Below, piece by piece: positions 48,090-57,162 of a stretch of 64,000 bases of DNA. Position numbers and translations under genes: made by a program. Position 1 is the stretch's first letter. Every line of letters begins with the position of its first letter. The stretch comes from Pseudomonas phage Baskent_P6, in sequence record PQ415074.1; one strand, given 5' to 3'. The notes under the pieces are model-generated. The model was not told the DNA's origin. It did no database searches and was given only the letters and a program-made list of their open reading frames with translations.

Positions 48090-48385
48090 GTCGGTATCTC
48101 CGCAGGACCGGTGATGTGCTCCGCGTGCAGAGCGCGCATTCCCAGCCTGGCGCCCTTCGAATCCATCCAGCCGGGCAGCAGGGCGATTGCCTGGCAGGTG
48201 AGCAGCTTCTGCAGGTCGAGCCGCAGGTAGTCGGCCCACTCGAAGCCCGGAATCTCGCCGTGCTCGGCGGGGTTCTCGACCTGGTACCCGAGGCTGCGCA
48301 GGCGCGCGGCTTCGGCGTGGAACGCGGGGAAGTTGTGTTCCGGCAGGCCGGTCATGGGGCCGGCGAGGTAGATGCGCTGGGTCAT
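48086..48385 (-). CDS. DUF4406 / nucleoside 2-deoxyribosyltransferase-like small protein, 99 aa
   Basis: MTQRIYLAGPMTG N-terminus (the YLAGPM signature); about 100 aa; RBS CAGGAGG; ATGA coupling on both sides. Confidence 0.5.
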   Translation of the reverse strand: MTQRIYLAGPMTGLPEHNFPAFHAEAARLRSLGYQVENPAEHGEIPGFEWADYLRLDLQKLLTCQAIALLPGWMDSKGARLGMRALHAEHITGPAEIPT

Positions 48386-49248
48386 TCTCCGCGCGCCTCC
48401 TGAATATCGGCCTCGGTCAGGGTGTAACTGGTAACCCCGTCGACGAGATAGAAGTCCGGCGGGCAGTTCGCCCTGGCCCAGCCGCGCAGGAAGCTTCCCA
48501 GGTCGGCCATTGCTTCCTTGCTGGCCTGCGGCCAGTCGTCCACCCATTCCCCGGCATCGCTGCAACTGGCGTTGTCGTTCATGCTGCTGATCAGGCTGTC
48601 CGGATCGACGAAGCCAGCGGGATCGAGGTAGCGCTTCGTTCCGAAGTACACGGTGGAGCCTGCCTGCAACTCGTCGTAGCTGGTGATGAGTTCTGAGAGA
48701 TCCTCGTTGTGCCAGTCCTCTCCGTTGGCGCTCCAGGTGATTTCCCCTGACCGTGGATCGCTGTAAGCGACGGCCGGAGCATCCCCAGTGCGGTCGTGCT
48801 CGATCGCCTTGTCGACTGGCACCGTGCGCCAGTCCGGCCAGGTGCGCGCCTCGTTCTTCGTCTGCTTGGCGACCAGGGCTTCGATGATCTGCGCGGGAGT
48901 GGCGCCGGTGCGCCAAGCCCCGTCCAGGGCCAGGATCACAACGTCGATCCACTCGGCCAGGTCGCCAGGGTTCTCCTCGATCTCGCGCAACTCCTTCCGG
49001 ATGTGGTCGACGACGCCAGCGGCGCGCGACCCAGGCCCGAACGTGCGTTCGCTGAAACGGCGCTGGCGCTCCAGGTGCAGGTCGAGACGGAACACGTCCA
49101 GCCGCCCGCGGGCGCGGCCAAGCGCGTAAGCCTCGTCCTGGAACATCAGGAGGTGATCGCTGGTGCGTCCGGTCAGGACATTGAGATAGCGGCTGTGGAG
49201 CGCCTCAATTGCAAGATGATCGTCGGGGTGGTTCTGGTTCGTCGTCAT
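48382..49248 (-). CDS. MazG-like nucleotide pyrophosphohydrolase (DUF550-type) N-terminal domain protein, 288 aa
   Basis: HIRKELREIEENPGDLAEWIDVVILALDGAWRTG resembles the MazG/DUF550 EExxE metal-binding helix pair. Confidence 0.45.
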   Translation of the reverse strand: MTTNQNHPDDHLAIEALHSRYLNVLTGRTSDHLLMFQDEAYALGRARGRLDVFRLDLHLERQRRFSERTFGPGSRAAGVVDHIRKELREIEENPGDLAEWIDVVILALDGAWRTGATPAQIIEALVAKQTKNEARTWPDWRTVPVDKAIEHDRTGDAPAVAYSDPRSGEITWSANGEDWHNEDLSELITSYDELQAGSTVYFGTKRYLDPAGFVDPDSLISSMNDNASCSDAGEWVDDWPQASKEAMADLGSFLRGWARANCPPDFYLVDGVTSYTLTEADIQEARGE

Positions 49249-49688
49249 GGCTGCACCTGCTGCTGTGAGCGGTTCCAGGGATGCCGGCGCCCGGGCTTGG
49301 GCTGCTGGCGCGGGGTGATGAGGGCGTCGCGCAGGCTCATGCCGGCGGCGACGCGGCGGCGGACGGTCGTTGCGTGGACCGGGCTCTGGAAGTGCTCCAC
49401 CAGCTCGGCGATGGTCCCGGTCACGCCGTCGACGGTGAAGCGTCGGCTCTCGCTCCAGCGTTCGTGCGCGCGCTCCAGCGCTGCGGCCTGCGCCGGCGTG
49501 CAGCGTCCGCGCTTCTGCTCGTTCGCACGCTGGTGGTCGGTTGAGCATCCGCGTGCTGGCCAGGTGATCTCCGGCATCAGGGTCAGCAGCTCTCGGAACT
49601 TCCAGGGGCCCATGCCGAGCGCGTGCATGGTGGCGCGCCGGGAAAGCCCGCGCGCGGCCGCGTTGCGAATGAACTGTTCGGTGTTCAC
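49245..49688 (-). CDS. Hypothetical HTH-like protein (about 147 aa; GTG start with strong RBS GGAGG)
   Basis: GTGA overlap with the stop of the C5-MTase gene; alternative ATG at 49628. Confidence 0.4.
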   Translation of the reverse strand: MNTEQFIRNAAARGLSRRATMHALGMGPWKFRELLTLMPEITWPARGCSTDHQRANEQKRGRCTPAQAAALERAHERWSESRRFTVDGVTGTIAELVEHFQSPVHATTVRRRVAAGMSLRDALITPRQQPKPGRRHPWNRSQQQVQP

Positions 49689-51493
49689 GGGTTCACCTCC
49701 TGTTGCGCGACGCTCAACCCCACCGCTACCTGCCGCACCCAGATCGGCGTATTGCTGAGCATGAAGGTTTCGCCGGCCTCGGCCAGCAGCAGCGTTGTAC
49801 CCATCACGCCGGCGATGGCCTCGGCCGCGGCCGGCGGTACGGCGTTGCCGATGCGCTCGCGCCAGTCGCTGTCGCTCAGGCCGTCGAGGATCAACTGTTC
49901 TTCCGGGTCCACCAGGCTCTGCAGCGCGGCCAACTCCAGGGTGGTGAAGGGCCGGTGCCAAGTGCCGTCCAGCGACTGGATGATGCAGGTGAGCCGGTCG
50001 TTCGCCGTCGGCATGCGCGGGTCGGCGACGCTCCACCGGCCATTGTCGTGCCGCGCGCTGGCGGATACTGCGCCGGCGGACTGGTCGAACCCGACGACAC
50101 CGTAGTGCCCGCCGGTCAGGTAGGCGTCGCCCTTGGTGCGATCGAGCACGCGCGGATCAGCGATCGACAGCGCGCCGCTGGCCACCTGCTGGGAGCCGGT
50201 GACCGTGCCGGTAGCGCTTCCCCACTCGCCGACGTGCAATTTGCGGCTGCTCGCCCCTGGGTGCCAGTTGTGGTACCTGGGATCGGCAACAGCCTGGCCT
50301 CCGGAACTGGGTGAGTGCCCGCCGGTGACGGTTCCGGCGTGGCTCCCCATGCTGACGACGCGAAACACGTTGTTGTGCCGGACGCCGCCTGGGCGCGGGT
50401 CGGCGACGCTGAATGTGCCTTGGCCTGGCATCGTTTGCCCTGGGATAGTCGGCGCTGATTCGGCCCAGCGGATCACCCCGAACTGCTGGCCGTGGTTCCA
50501 GTTTGCGGCTTGGCGGTAGCGAGGATCGGCTACCGAAAATGCGCCGTTGGTAGGGCCGGAGCGGCCGGCGATAGTGCTGGCAGTGTCGTCCCACCCATGC
50601 ACCCCCATGTAGCCGGAGCGGTACTCCGGCACGATTACCAGGTCGCGCAGGTGGCCGTCCTCGATCGCCAGCTTGTTCAGGCTCCGCCAGTCGCTGCCGG
50701 CCTCTACCAAGGCCAGGCGCACCCAGGTCTTCCAGTGCAGCGATGGGATGCGGTGCATTGGCCCCGCGGCATCGATGTCGCCCGGCAGCGGCATGCGGCC
50801 GAGGATGTCGCCGACGGCGCGCAGGCTCTTCTTCTCTGGCTCGTACAGGAAGGGGGGCACTTTTTCGACGTGCCGCGCGACAAGCAGGAAGCGCTTCCGG
50901 GACTGCGCCAGGCCGCCGAGTTCGCCGCAGTCGTGAGTGGTTTCCGCCACTGCGTAGCCGAAGCCGCCGAGCAGGCTATTGATCTGGTCCAGCAGGTGCC
51001 GGCCGCGGCTGGCAAGGCGTGGGACGTTCTCGAAGACGATCAGCGGTACCGGGTCATCAGCCCATGCCTCGCCCATCAGCCAGATGCAGCGCAGCGTCAA
51101 CTCGTTCAGCGCCTGGTACTTTGGAGTCAGGCTCATCTTCTCCGACAGCAGGCCGCTGGCGCCTTTGCAGGGCGAGCTGATGAACACGGCATCCGGCCGG
51201 CGCCCGCCGGCGGCGCGACGAATATCCTCCGGAGTCGCCTCCCGCCAACCGGCGGGCGGCTCCTTTCCATGGAAGCGGATGTATTGGTCGCGGGTGAACA
51301 GGTCCAGCAGGGTACCCGGGACACCGGCCAGGCGCTCGAAGTCGCGCAGGCCGGCCGGGTCCACGTCGATCCCGCCGAGGCAGACCCATTCAGCCTCGAC
51401 GTTGCCGACCCGCGGGCGCGCCCGGTTGAAACCGGCGGCGCCGCCGCCCAGGCCGCAGCAGAAGTGGAAGTGGTACAGAGTGCGCTTGATCAT
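49685..51493 (-). CDS. DNA (cytosine-5)-methyltransferase, 602 aa
   Basis: Motif I FCCGLGGG; motif IV SSPCKGASG (catalytic Cys); motif VI FENVPRL; motif VIII QSRKRFLLV; RBS AAGGAA. Confidence 0.85.
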   Translation of the reverse strand: MIKRTLYHFHFCCGLGGGAAGFNRARPRVGNVEAEWVCLGGIDVDPAGLRDFERLAGVPGTLLDLFTRDQYIRFHGKEPPAGWREATPEDIRRAAGGRRPDAVFISSPCKGASGLLSEKMSLTPKYQALNELTLRCIWLMGEAWADDPVPLIVFENVPRLASRGRHLLDQINSLLGGFGYAVAETTHDCGELGGLAQSRKRFLLVARHVEKVPPFLYEPEKKSLRAVGDILGRMPLPGDIDAAGPMHRIPSLHWKTWVRLALVEAGSDWRSLNKLAIEDGHLRDLVIVPEYRSGYMGVHGWDDTASTIAGRSGPTNGAFSVADPRYRQAANWNHGQQFGVIRWAESAPTIPGQTMPGQGTFSVADPRPGGVRHNNVFRVVSMGSHAGTVTGGHSPSSGGQAVADPRYHNWHPGASSRKLHVGEWGSATGTVTGSQQVASGALSIADPRVLDRTKGDAYLTGGHYGVVGFDQSAGAVSASARHDNGRWSVADPRMPTANDRLTCIIQSLDGTWHRPFTTLELAALQSLVDPEEQLILDGLSDSDWRERIGNAVPPAAAEAIAGVMGTTLLLAEAGETFMLSNTPIWVRQVAVGLSVAQQEVNP

Positions 51494-54120
51494 GCGGCGG
51501 GTTCCTTATGGATAATGTCGGCCTCGGCCTCGAGCAGGGCGAACAGGTCGGGCATGGCCATCTCTTCCTCGGCAGACTTGCAATAGCCGGCACCGTCCAG
51601 GAAGTAGCGGGAGTTCAGTTCGTGGGCGCGGGCTCTGCGCTTGAGCTTCAGCGCGCAGTACGGGACGGTCATGATCCCGCCGAAGGGATCGAAGACCAGG
51701 TCTCCTTCCATGGAGTACTGCACGATGGCCCGGTCGACGATGTCGAACTGCAGCGGGCACAGGTGCATTTCCTGGCCCTTGCTGTACTGCTGGGCGTTGA
51801 GCGTCCGCATGCGGGCGACGTCGGTCCATACGTCCGGGTGCCAGGACTGCGGTGGCAGCAGCATGAAGCCGGTGGGCAGCTTCCCGGTGACCTCCAGCGA
51901 TTCGCCGATGCGGACGTGGTGCTCGAAGTCGTAGACGGTGGACAGGCTGTAGTCGCGGTACAGCTTGAACATCACGTCGTGCGGAATGCCTTCGAAGTCC
52001 GCTTCAGTCAGCGGACGGTTGCCGTTGCTGCGGGTGAAGCCGTGGGCGTCCAACTGCCAGCGTGCCCGGCTGTAGCCGTTGCCGCGGGTGACGGTGAGCT
52101 TCTTGTCCATGGCGAAGGGGACGATCTGGCCGTCTTCGTCGATGCACAGGGGCTTGGCCTTGACCACCGGAATGTCGCCGTAGGCGTTGGAGTTGTCGGT
52201 GGGGGGCTTGCGGAAGATCAGCAGGTACTCGGGCATGCCGACACCCATCTTGGTGCCGTCCTTGCACTGTTCCGTCCACGAGAGGCGGTAGGTCTGGGCG
52301 TTCTCGCGAACCACGTCGGTGACGATGGTCTTCATGCCCATATAGGCCCAGCCATGCTTGACGAAGGCTCGAGTCACTTCCATGTGGAAGGGGTAGACGG
52401 TCTGGAAGCCAAGGCCGGTCATTCCGCCGGGAATGATGCGATCCTTCACGTGGATGCAGGCCAGACGCCCGGGGATGGTCACGCGCAGCAGTTCCGGGAT
52501 CAGATAGTCCATCTGCTCGAAGAAGTGCGCGTTGTCGTCGGTGTGGCCGAAGTCGGCGTAGTTCGGCGAGTACTCGTACTGGGTGCTGAAGGGGATGCTG
52601 GTGATGGTCAAGCCGACGCTGTTGCTTTCCATGCGGCAGGTTTCGAGCACGGTGTCGTTGTTGACGATGGTGTAGTCCTTGCCCTTGATCTCGACGCGCT
52701 CCACGCCCATGGAGCGGGTGAGGGTCTGTGCCATGGCGGCCACGGACAGGCCGTACTGCTTGATGATCTCGGTCATGCGCTGAACCATGGTGTTGTGCTG
52801 CTGCCACTTCCGTTCGAGTTGGCGGCGGATGTCGCGCTCGGCCTCGGTATAGATCAGGTCGATGCGCACACGGCCTGTCTGCAGGAATCGGTGCAGGCGG
52901 TGAATGGACTGGATGAAGTCGTTGAACTTGAAGCCGATGCCCAGGTAGATGGCCCACGAGCAGTGGCGCTGGAAGTTGCAGCCGCTGCCTGCGATCACTG
53001 GTTTGGCAGCCAGTTCCTGGAACTCGCCGTCGCTGAACTGGACAATCGCGCGCTCGCGCTCCTCCAGATCCTGGGCGCCGTAGACGCTGATGGCGGTGGG
53101 GATAGCGGCCTCGATCGCGTGGCGTTCCGCCTCGAGGTCATGCCAGATGATCCGGTGAGCATCTGGAGCCTCGGCCCGGATCTCCATCAGTTTGGCGATC
53201 CGGGCAGGAAGGCTCTCGCGCTTCTCTGCGGCGGCGTCCTGCACGCCAATGGCGGTGTTGCGAAGCAGGCGGCCCTGGCCGTTACGCTCATGGCCAGCGT
53301 GCGAGTGGTCGGACGGTACTTCGTGCCAGCGGATGTCCAGTTCCGGTAGCGCGTAGCCTTCGTCGCTGAACCCGAGGTCGCTGGGGCGCTGAACGAAGAT
53401 CGCCCAGGATGCCACCCACATCCAGAACTCGCCCTCTTTGTGGGCATGGATGGTGAGTTGGTCGGCCTTCTCAGAGTTGCGTTTGAAGAACCTGGTCTTG
53501 GCCTGGCCGACATCCATCACGCCGAGGAAGGCCGAGTAAGCCAGTAGCTCGATGTATTCGTTCGGGCTTGGCGTGGCAGTGGCCACGTACCGGTACCGGA
53601 CGCCATCGCCGCGGACGCCGGCGGCGCGATCGTCACCAGCGAACAGAGCCATGAACTCGCGGAACGTCTTGCTGCCGCCGAAGCCGCGAAGGCAACTGGC
53701 TTCGTCCAGGCTTGCCACGCTGAACCGGCGAGGGTCGAGCTTGCCGTCGCGGACGGTCTCGTAATTGGTCAGGTAGATGGTGGCGGGGTCGTCTACCTCG
53801 TCGAAACTGCGGATGAACCGGACGGTGATGCCGAGCATCGCGGCGTCGCGGTAGAACTCCTGGCGCACACCCAGCGGAATGGTGATGAGAGCGTAGCCGC
53901 CGGCTAGGTCGCGGGTGACGCGCACCACCTCAAGCTGCATTACCGACTTGCCCAGGCCGAAGGCCGCGAAACAGGCCGCGCGGCCTTGGCGCACCAGCCA
54001 GGTGGCGATGGCGCGCTGGTGCGGCTTGAGCAGGGGGTTGAAGGCCGAGGGCTCCACTTCGAAGCCTTTCGGCTCGGCGAGGCGGACCTTCGCTCGCAAG
54101 AAGTCTTCATAGGCGGTCAT
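51490..54120 (-). CDS. SNF2/DEAD-like helicase fused to a C-terminal DNA MTase-like domain, 876 aa
   Basis: Walker A AAFGLGKS; DEAS box SLDEASCLRG; motif VI IQSIHRLHRF; C-terminal DPFGGIMT (MTase motif I-like) preceded by RKPPT; start at MTAYEDF, ATGA-coupled to the C5-MTase. Confidence 0.7.
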   Translation of the reverse strand: MTAYEDFLRAKVRLAEPKGFEVEPSAFNPLLKPHQRAIATWLVRQGRAACFAAFGLGKSVMQLEVVRVTRDLAGGYALITIPLGVRQEFYRDAAMLGITVRFIRSFDEVDDPATIYLTNYETVRDGKLDPRRFSVASLDEASCLRGFGGSKTFREFMALFAGDDRAAGVRGDGVRYRYVATATPSPNEYIELLAYSAFLGVMDVGQAKTRFFKRNSEKADQLTIHAHKEGEFWMWVASWAIFVQRPSDLGFSDEGYALPELDIRWHEVPSDHSHAGHERNGQGRLLRNTAIGVQDAAAEKRESLPARIAKLMEIRAEAPDAHRIIWHDLEAERHAIEAAIPTAISVYGAQDLEERERAIVQFSDGEFQELAAKPVIAGSGCNFQRHCSWAIYLGIGFKFNDFIQSIHRLHRFLQTGRVRIDLIYTEAERDIRRQLERKWQQHNTMVQRMTEIIKQYGLSVAAMAQTLTRSMGVERVEIKGKDYTIVNNDTVLETCRMESNSVGLTITSIPFSTQYEYSPNYADFGHTDDNAHFFEQMDYLIPELLRVTIPGRLACIHVKDRIIPGGMTGLGFQTVYPFHMEVTRAFVKHGWAYMGMKTIVTDVVRENAQTYRLSWTEQCKDGTKMGVGMPEYLLIFRKPPTDNSNAYGDIPVVKAKPLCIDEDGQIVPFAMDKKLTVTRGNGYSRARWQLDAHGFTRSNGNRPLTEADFEGIPHDVMFKLYRDYSLSTVYDFEHHVRIGESLEVTGKLPTGFMLLPPQSWHPDVWTDVARMRTLNAQQYSKGQEMHLCPLQFDIVDRAIVQYSMEGDLVFDPFGGIMTVPYCALKLKRRARAHELNSRYFLDGAGYCKSAEEEMAMPDLFALLEAEADIIHKEPAA

Positions 54121-54139
54121 GCTGTTTCCTTGAGGAACG

Positions 54140-54222
54140 GCACGCACCGGACGCCGCCCTGCCTGACAGGGCGGCCCACGAGGCATGGTTGAATCGCCCA
54201 CAGGGCGGCGTCCGGTGCGTGC
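54140..54222. repeat. 22-bp perfect inverted repeat (GCACGCACCGGACGCCGCCCTG ... CAGGGCGGCGTCCGGTGCGTGC) with a nested hairpin, plus an adjacent 8-bp GC hairpin (54232-54251)
   Basis: Read from sequence; sits in the 5' leader/promoter region of the helicase-MTase gene. Confidence 0.5.
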
Positions 54223-54313
54223 TGGAAGAGAAAGCGCCCCGGGTGGGGCGCTGTATCGAGGGTCAGGTCGCAGCCTGGAGCTGGTGACCACGACCTAGAG
54301 GAATAAACTGAGC

Positions 54314-54341
54314 TTGAAATGCAGATCGATTGCCCTAAAAC
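54314..54341 (+). promoter_or_regulatory. Candidate sigma70 promoter for the moron (TTGAAA-16-TAAAAC)
   Basis: -35/-10-like hexamers about 50 nt upstream of the RBS of 54389..54703. Confidence 0.3.
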
Positions 54342-54388
54342 TCGATGGTGAAGTCACGGTGCTATTACTTGACCAACTAGGGGGATCT

Positions 54389-54703
54389 ATGCCTATCAAG
54401 ATGAATCTGTCTGGCCTGAAGCGTCTGCAGCAAAACCTCAAACAACTCGATGGCACGCATCAAGTGCCGTTTAGCGAGATCATGAGTCCCAGCTTTATTT
54501 CGTCTAACAGCAAGTTTGCGAATTTCGACGAGTTTGCTCGTGGTGCCGGTTATAAGGTTGAAACTGCGGAAGATCTACGGGCGATTCCAGACGAGCCATG
54601 GGACGCTTATGTCCGTAGTGAGACTCCTTTCGAGAGTTGGGCAGAAATGCTCAAGGCCGGCATAGTCGCGCATGCCAAGCGCTCACTTCAAAAGGGGTTG
54701 TAA
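54389..54703 (+). CDS. Low-GC moron protein (104 aa), opposite orientation to the surrounding operon
   Basis: RBS GGGGGA; GC about 50% versus about 63% for the flanks; own promoter-like and terminator-like elements. Confidence 0.5.
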   Translation: MPIKMNLSGLKRLQQNLKQLDGTHQVPFSEIMSPSFISSNSKFANFDEFARGAGYKVETAEDLRAIPDEPWDAYVRSETPFESWAEMLKAGIVAHAKRSLQKGL

Positions 54704-54758
54704 CTCGCCGTCTCTACTGAAACCGAATGCTGCACGTGTGGCCTTTCTCCGCCCAGAA

Positions 54759-54781
54759 CGCTCGGATGTGCCCGAGCGTTT
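54759..54781. terminator. Hairpin AACGCTCGG-ATGTG-CCCGAGCGTT followed by TCGTTCTG (bidirectional terminator candidate)
   Basis: 9-bp perfect stem between the moron and the rdgC-like gene. Confidence 0.35.
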
Positions 54782-54808
54782 CGTTCTGCATCGTCGAGGG
54801 GGCTGACT

Positions 54809-56029
54809 TCACGACAGAACCTCGCGAGATCCGTCTCCCTTCATCGGCCCGACGATATCCAGCAATTCCATTTCCTCGACCAGGCGGGCCGCGCGGTTGT
54901 AGCCGATCTTGAGTTTGCGTTGGATGGCGGAGATCGAAGCGCGGCGCGTCTCGTGGACGAAGCGGATAGCCTCCTTCAGCAGCGGGTCGTCACCGGGCCC
55001 GTTGGCCTGGGGGATATGGAGGGTCGCGGTGATACCGTCGCGCATCCCTAGCGCCTTGGTTACGTCGATGCCGGCGCCAGGCGCTGGCTCGGGCTCATCG
55101 TACGCACCGTCGATTCCCTGCGGGAACTCTTCGCCGCCCAAGGCCTCCAGCAGTTGCGGTATGAACTCGCGGAAGGTGAGCATCATCAGGACGAAGCTGG
55201 CGTCGAGCTGGCCGGCGGCATCGTCGCCGCCGTCCTTCTCAGCCTGCTCCTGCAGCAGGTCGTCGAAGCGCAGGCGCTTGATCGCCAGCTTGGTGTCGAG
55301 CACGAAGCTGAGCTTGTCCGACCAGGCCAGGGCCACCTGGGTGACCAGCTTCCCGGAGGACAGGTGTAACTGCATTTCCTCGCTGGTCATGTCCTGGCGG
55401 GTGGCCACGACCTTGCCGCCGTCCTCGTGGGTGTCGGCGAGTACCGCGCTGTCCAGCACGTGGAAGTCGCCGCCGGCGGCCTGGTCCTTCATCCAGTCGG
55501 TGAGGGTTGCACTGGGCGCGACCTTCACGCTGAGCGGGCGTACCGGCAGCGAGCCCAGGGCTTCGCGCAGGGTGGACAGTAGGTCCTCGGCCTTCTTTGC
55601 GCTGTTGGTGTCGATCAGCACCAGGCCTTGCTCAAGGTCCAGCGCGGCGAACGTGCTGGACTTGCGAATGAAAGCCCGTGGCAGCAGCGTCTGGACGATC
55701 TCGTCCTTGAGCTGGTCGCGCTCCTTCTTGAACACCTTGCGCATCTGGTCGGTTTCGATTTGCTCGACCTTCTCGGCCAGTTCGTCGCGCACTACGCTGC
55801 CGGGCAGCAGGCGCTCCTGCTTTCGGGTGGAGATGAGCAGGAAGCCGCGGCTGGCGTGCACCAGCGGTGCGTTCGGGCCCTTGCCGAACGGAGCGGCGAA
55901 GCCGTAGGTGGTCAGTTCCTGGCTTTCGCAGGGGCGTGCCGGCTTGCTGGCCAGGGCCTGCTCCAGCGCCGCGGCGTCGATTTGCAGGTCTTGGGTGAGG
56001 CGGTAGATTTGCAGGTTGCGGAACCACAT
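54809..56029 (-). CDS. RdgC-like recombination-associated protein fused to a C-terminal FtsK-gamma winged-helix domain
   Basis: N-terminal [11 protein letters not shown] (RdgC hallmark); C-terminal [44 protein letters not shown] (FtsK gamma/KOPS-binding pattern). Confidence 0.75.
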   Translation of the reverse strand: MWFRNLQIYRLTQDLQIDAAALEQALASKPARPCESQELTTYGFAAPFGKGPNAPLVHASRGFLLISTRKQERLLPGSVVRDELAEKVEQIETDQMRKVFKKERDQLKDEIVQTLLPRAFIRKSSTFAALDLEQGLVLIDTNSAKKAEDLLSTLREALGSLPVRPLSVKVAPSATLTDWMKDQAAGGDFHVLDSAVLADTHEDGGKVVATRQDMTSEEMQLHLSSGKLVTQVALAWSDKLSFVLDTKLAIKRLRFDDLLQEQAEKDGGDDAAGQLDASFVLMMLTFREFIPQLLEALGGEEFPQGIDGAYDEPEPAPGAGIDVTKALGMRDGITATLHIPQANGPGDDPLLKEAIRFVHETRRASISAIQRKLKIGYNRAARLVEEMELLDIVGPMKGDGSREVLS

Positions 56030-56055
56030 GGGGTGTCTCCTGGGTGGCCTGGCGC

Positions 56056-56553
56056 TTACACGAGACGCCAGAGCAGGCGATAGGGGTCATCGAACGGAAT
56101 GTCGTCGTCGTAGCTGTCGTAGTCGGTTGCCGGTTGCGGCTGGTGGTGAGTGGTCGGCCGCGGTGGCGGCTCGCGGCCAGGGCCACGCGACTGGCCTGCC
56201 TGCTCAGGCTTGCCGCCGAGCAGTTGCATGTTGCCGTTGATGTCCACCACTACCTCGGTGCTGTAGTGGTCCTGGCCGTCCTGGCCCTGCCACTTGCGGG
56301 TGCGTAGGCTGCCTTCGATGTAGACCTGGGAGCCCTTTCGCAGGTATTGCGCTGCGATTTCGGCCAGCCGGCCAAAGAGCACGACCCGGTGCCACTCGGT
56401 GCGCTCCTGCTGCTGGCCGGTCTGCTTGTCTTTCCAGCTTTCGCTAGTGGCCAGGCTGAGGGACGTAACTGCCTTCCCGCTGGGGGTAGATCTTGCGTCT
56501 GGATCCTGGCCCAGATGGCCGACCAGGATTACCTTGTTCACTCCGCGTGCCAT
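56056..56553 (-). CDS. ssb: Single-stranded DNA-binding protein
   Basis: [19 protein letters not shown]...[14 protein letters not shown]-fold; Gly/Pro-rich linker; acidic C-terminal tail DDDIPF. Confidence 0.9.
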   Translation of the reverse strand: MARGVNKVILVGHLGQDPDARSTPSGKAVTSLSLATSESWKDKQTGQQQERTEWHRVVLFGRLAEIAAQYLRKGSQVYIEGSLRTRKWQGQDGQDHYSTEVVVDINGNMQLLGGKPEQAGQSRGPGREPPPRPTTHHQPQPATDYDSYDDDIPFDDPYRLLWRLV

Positions 56554-56556
56554 GGC

Positions 56557-57162
56557 TCAGGCCTCCGCCTCAGCCGGCGGCACCGAACTGGCCGGCGCCA
56601 CATCGGCTCCCTGCAAAGCGAAGTAGATGCGGGCGCAAGCTTGGGCGTCCGGCATCGCGCGGTGAGCCTCCACCAGGTCCTCCCCGGTGAAGTGCTTGTA
56701 TGCCTCGGCCAAGGTCGGCAGCTTGTTGCGGGGAAGCGCGACCTGTGCGCGGGAGCGATAGCAGGTGCAGAACTTCTCACCCGATTCCTTGAAGGCGTTG
56801 GCCGCATCCTCGTCCTGGTAGCGCATCAGCGCGATGCGAGTGATACGGTCGTCGAAGCTGATGTTGTGCGCCGCGCGGCGGGCTGCGCGGCCGTTGATCG
56901 CAAGAAAGCCCTCCAGAGCCTCGGCCTCGCTGATGCCAACATCCATCGCCTGTTCGTGGCTGATGCCGTGGATCGCGGTCATTTCGGGGGTGATTTCCCA
57001 GCCGTTGGGTCGCACGATCGCCTCAAAGCGATCGATGGTGTTGCCGGCGGCATCGCAGAGCAGAGCGGCAACTTCCACGATGTGGGGCTGGCACGGGTCT
57101 TCACTGGGCAACTTCCACTCGGGAATACCCGTCGTTTCGAAGTCGAAAATGTTGGTGAGCAT
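56557..57162 (-). CDS. DnaQ-like 3'-5' exonuclease (DEDDh)
   Basis: Exo I FDFETTG; later H-x4-D (HRAMPDAQACARIY). Confidence 0.8.
   Translation of the reverse strand: MLTNIFDFETTGIPEWKLPSEDPCQPHIVEVAALLCDAAGNTIDRFEAIVRPNGWEITPEMTAIHGISHEQAMDVGISEAEALEGFLAINGRAARRAAHNISFDDRITRIALMRYQDEDAANAFKESGEKFCTCYRSRAQVALPRNKLPTLAEAYKHFTGEDLVEAHRAMPDAQACARIYFALQGADVAPASSVPPAEAEA

Noticed and set aside
50492-53349. 364-aa and 613-aa plus-strand ORFs
   Set aside because: Antisense of the C5-MTase and helicase-MTase genes, whose motifs are unambiguous.
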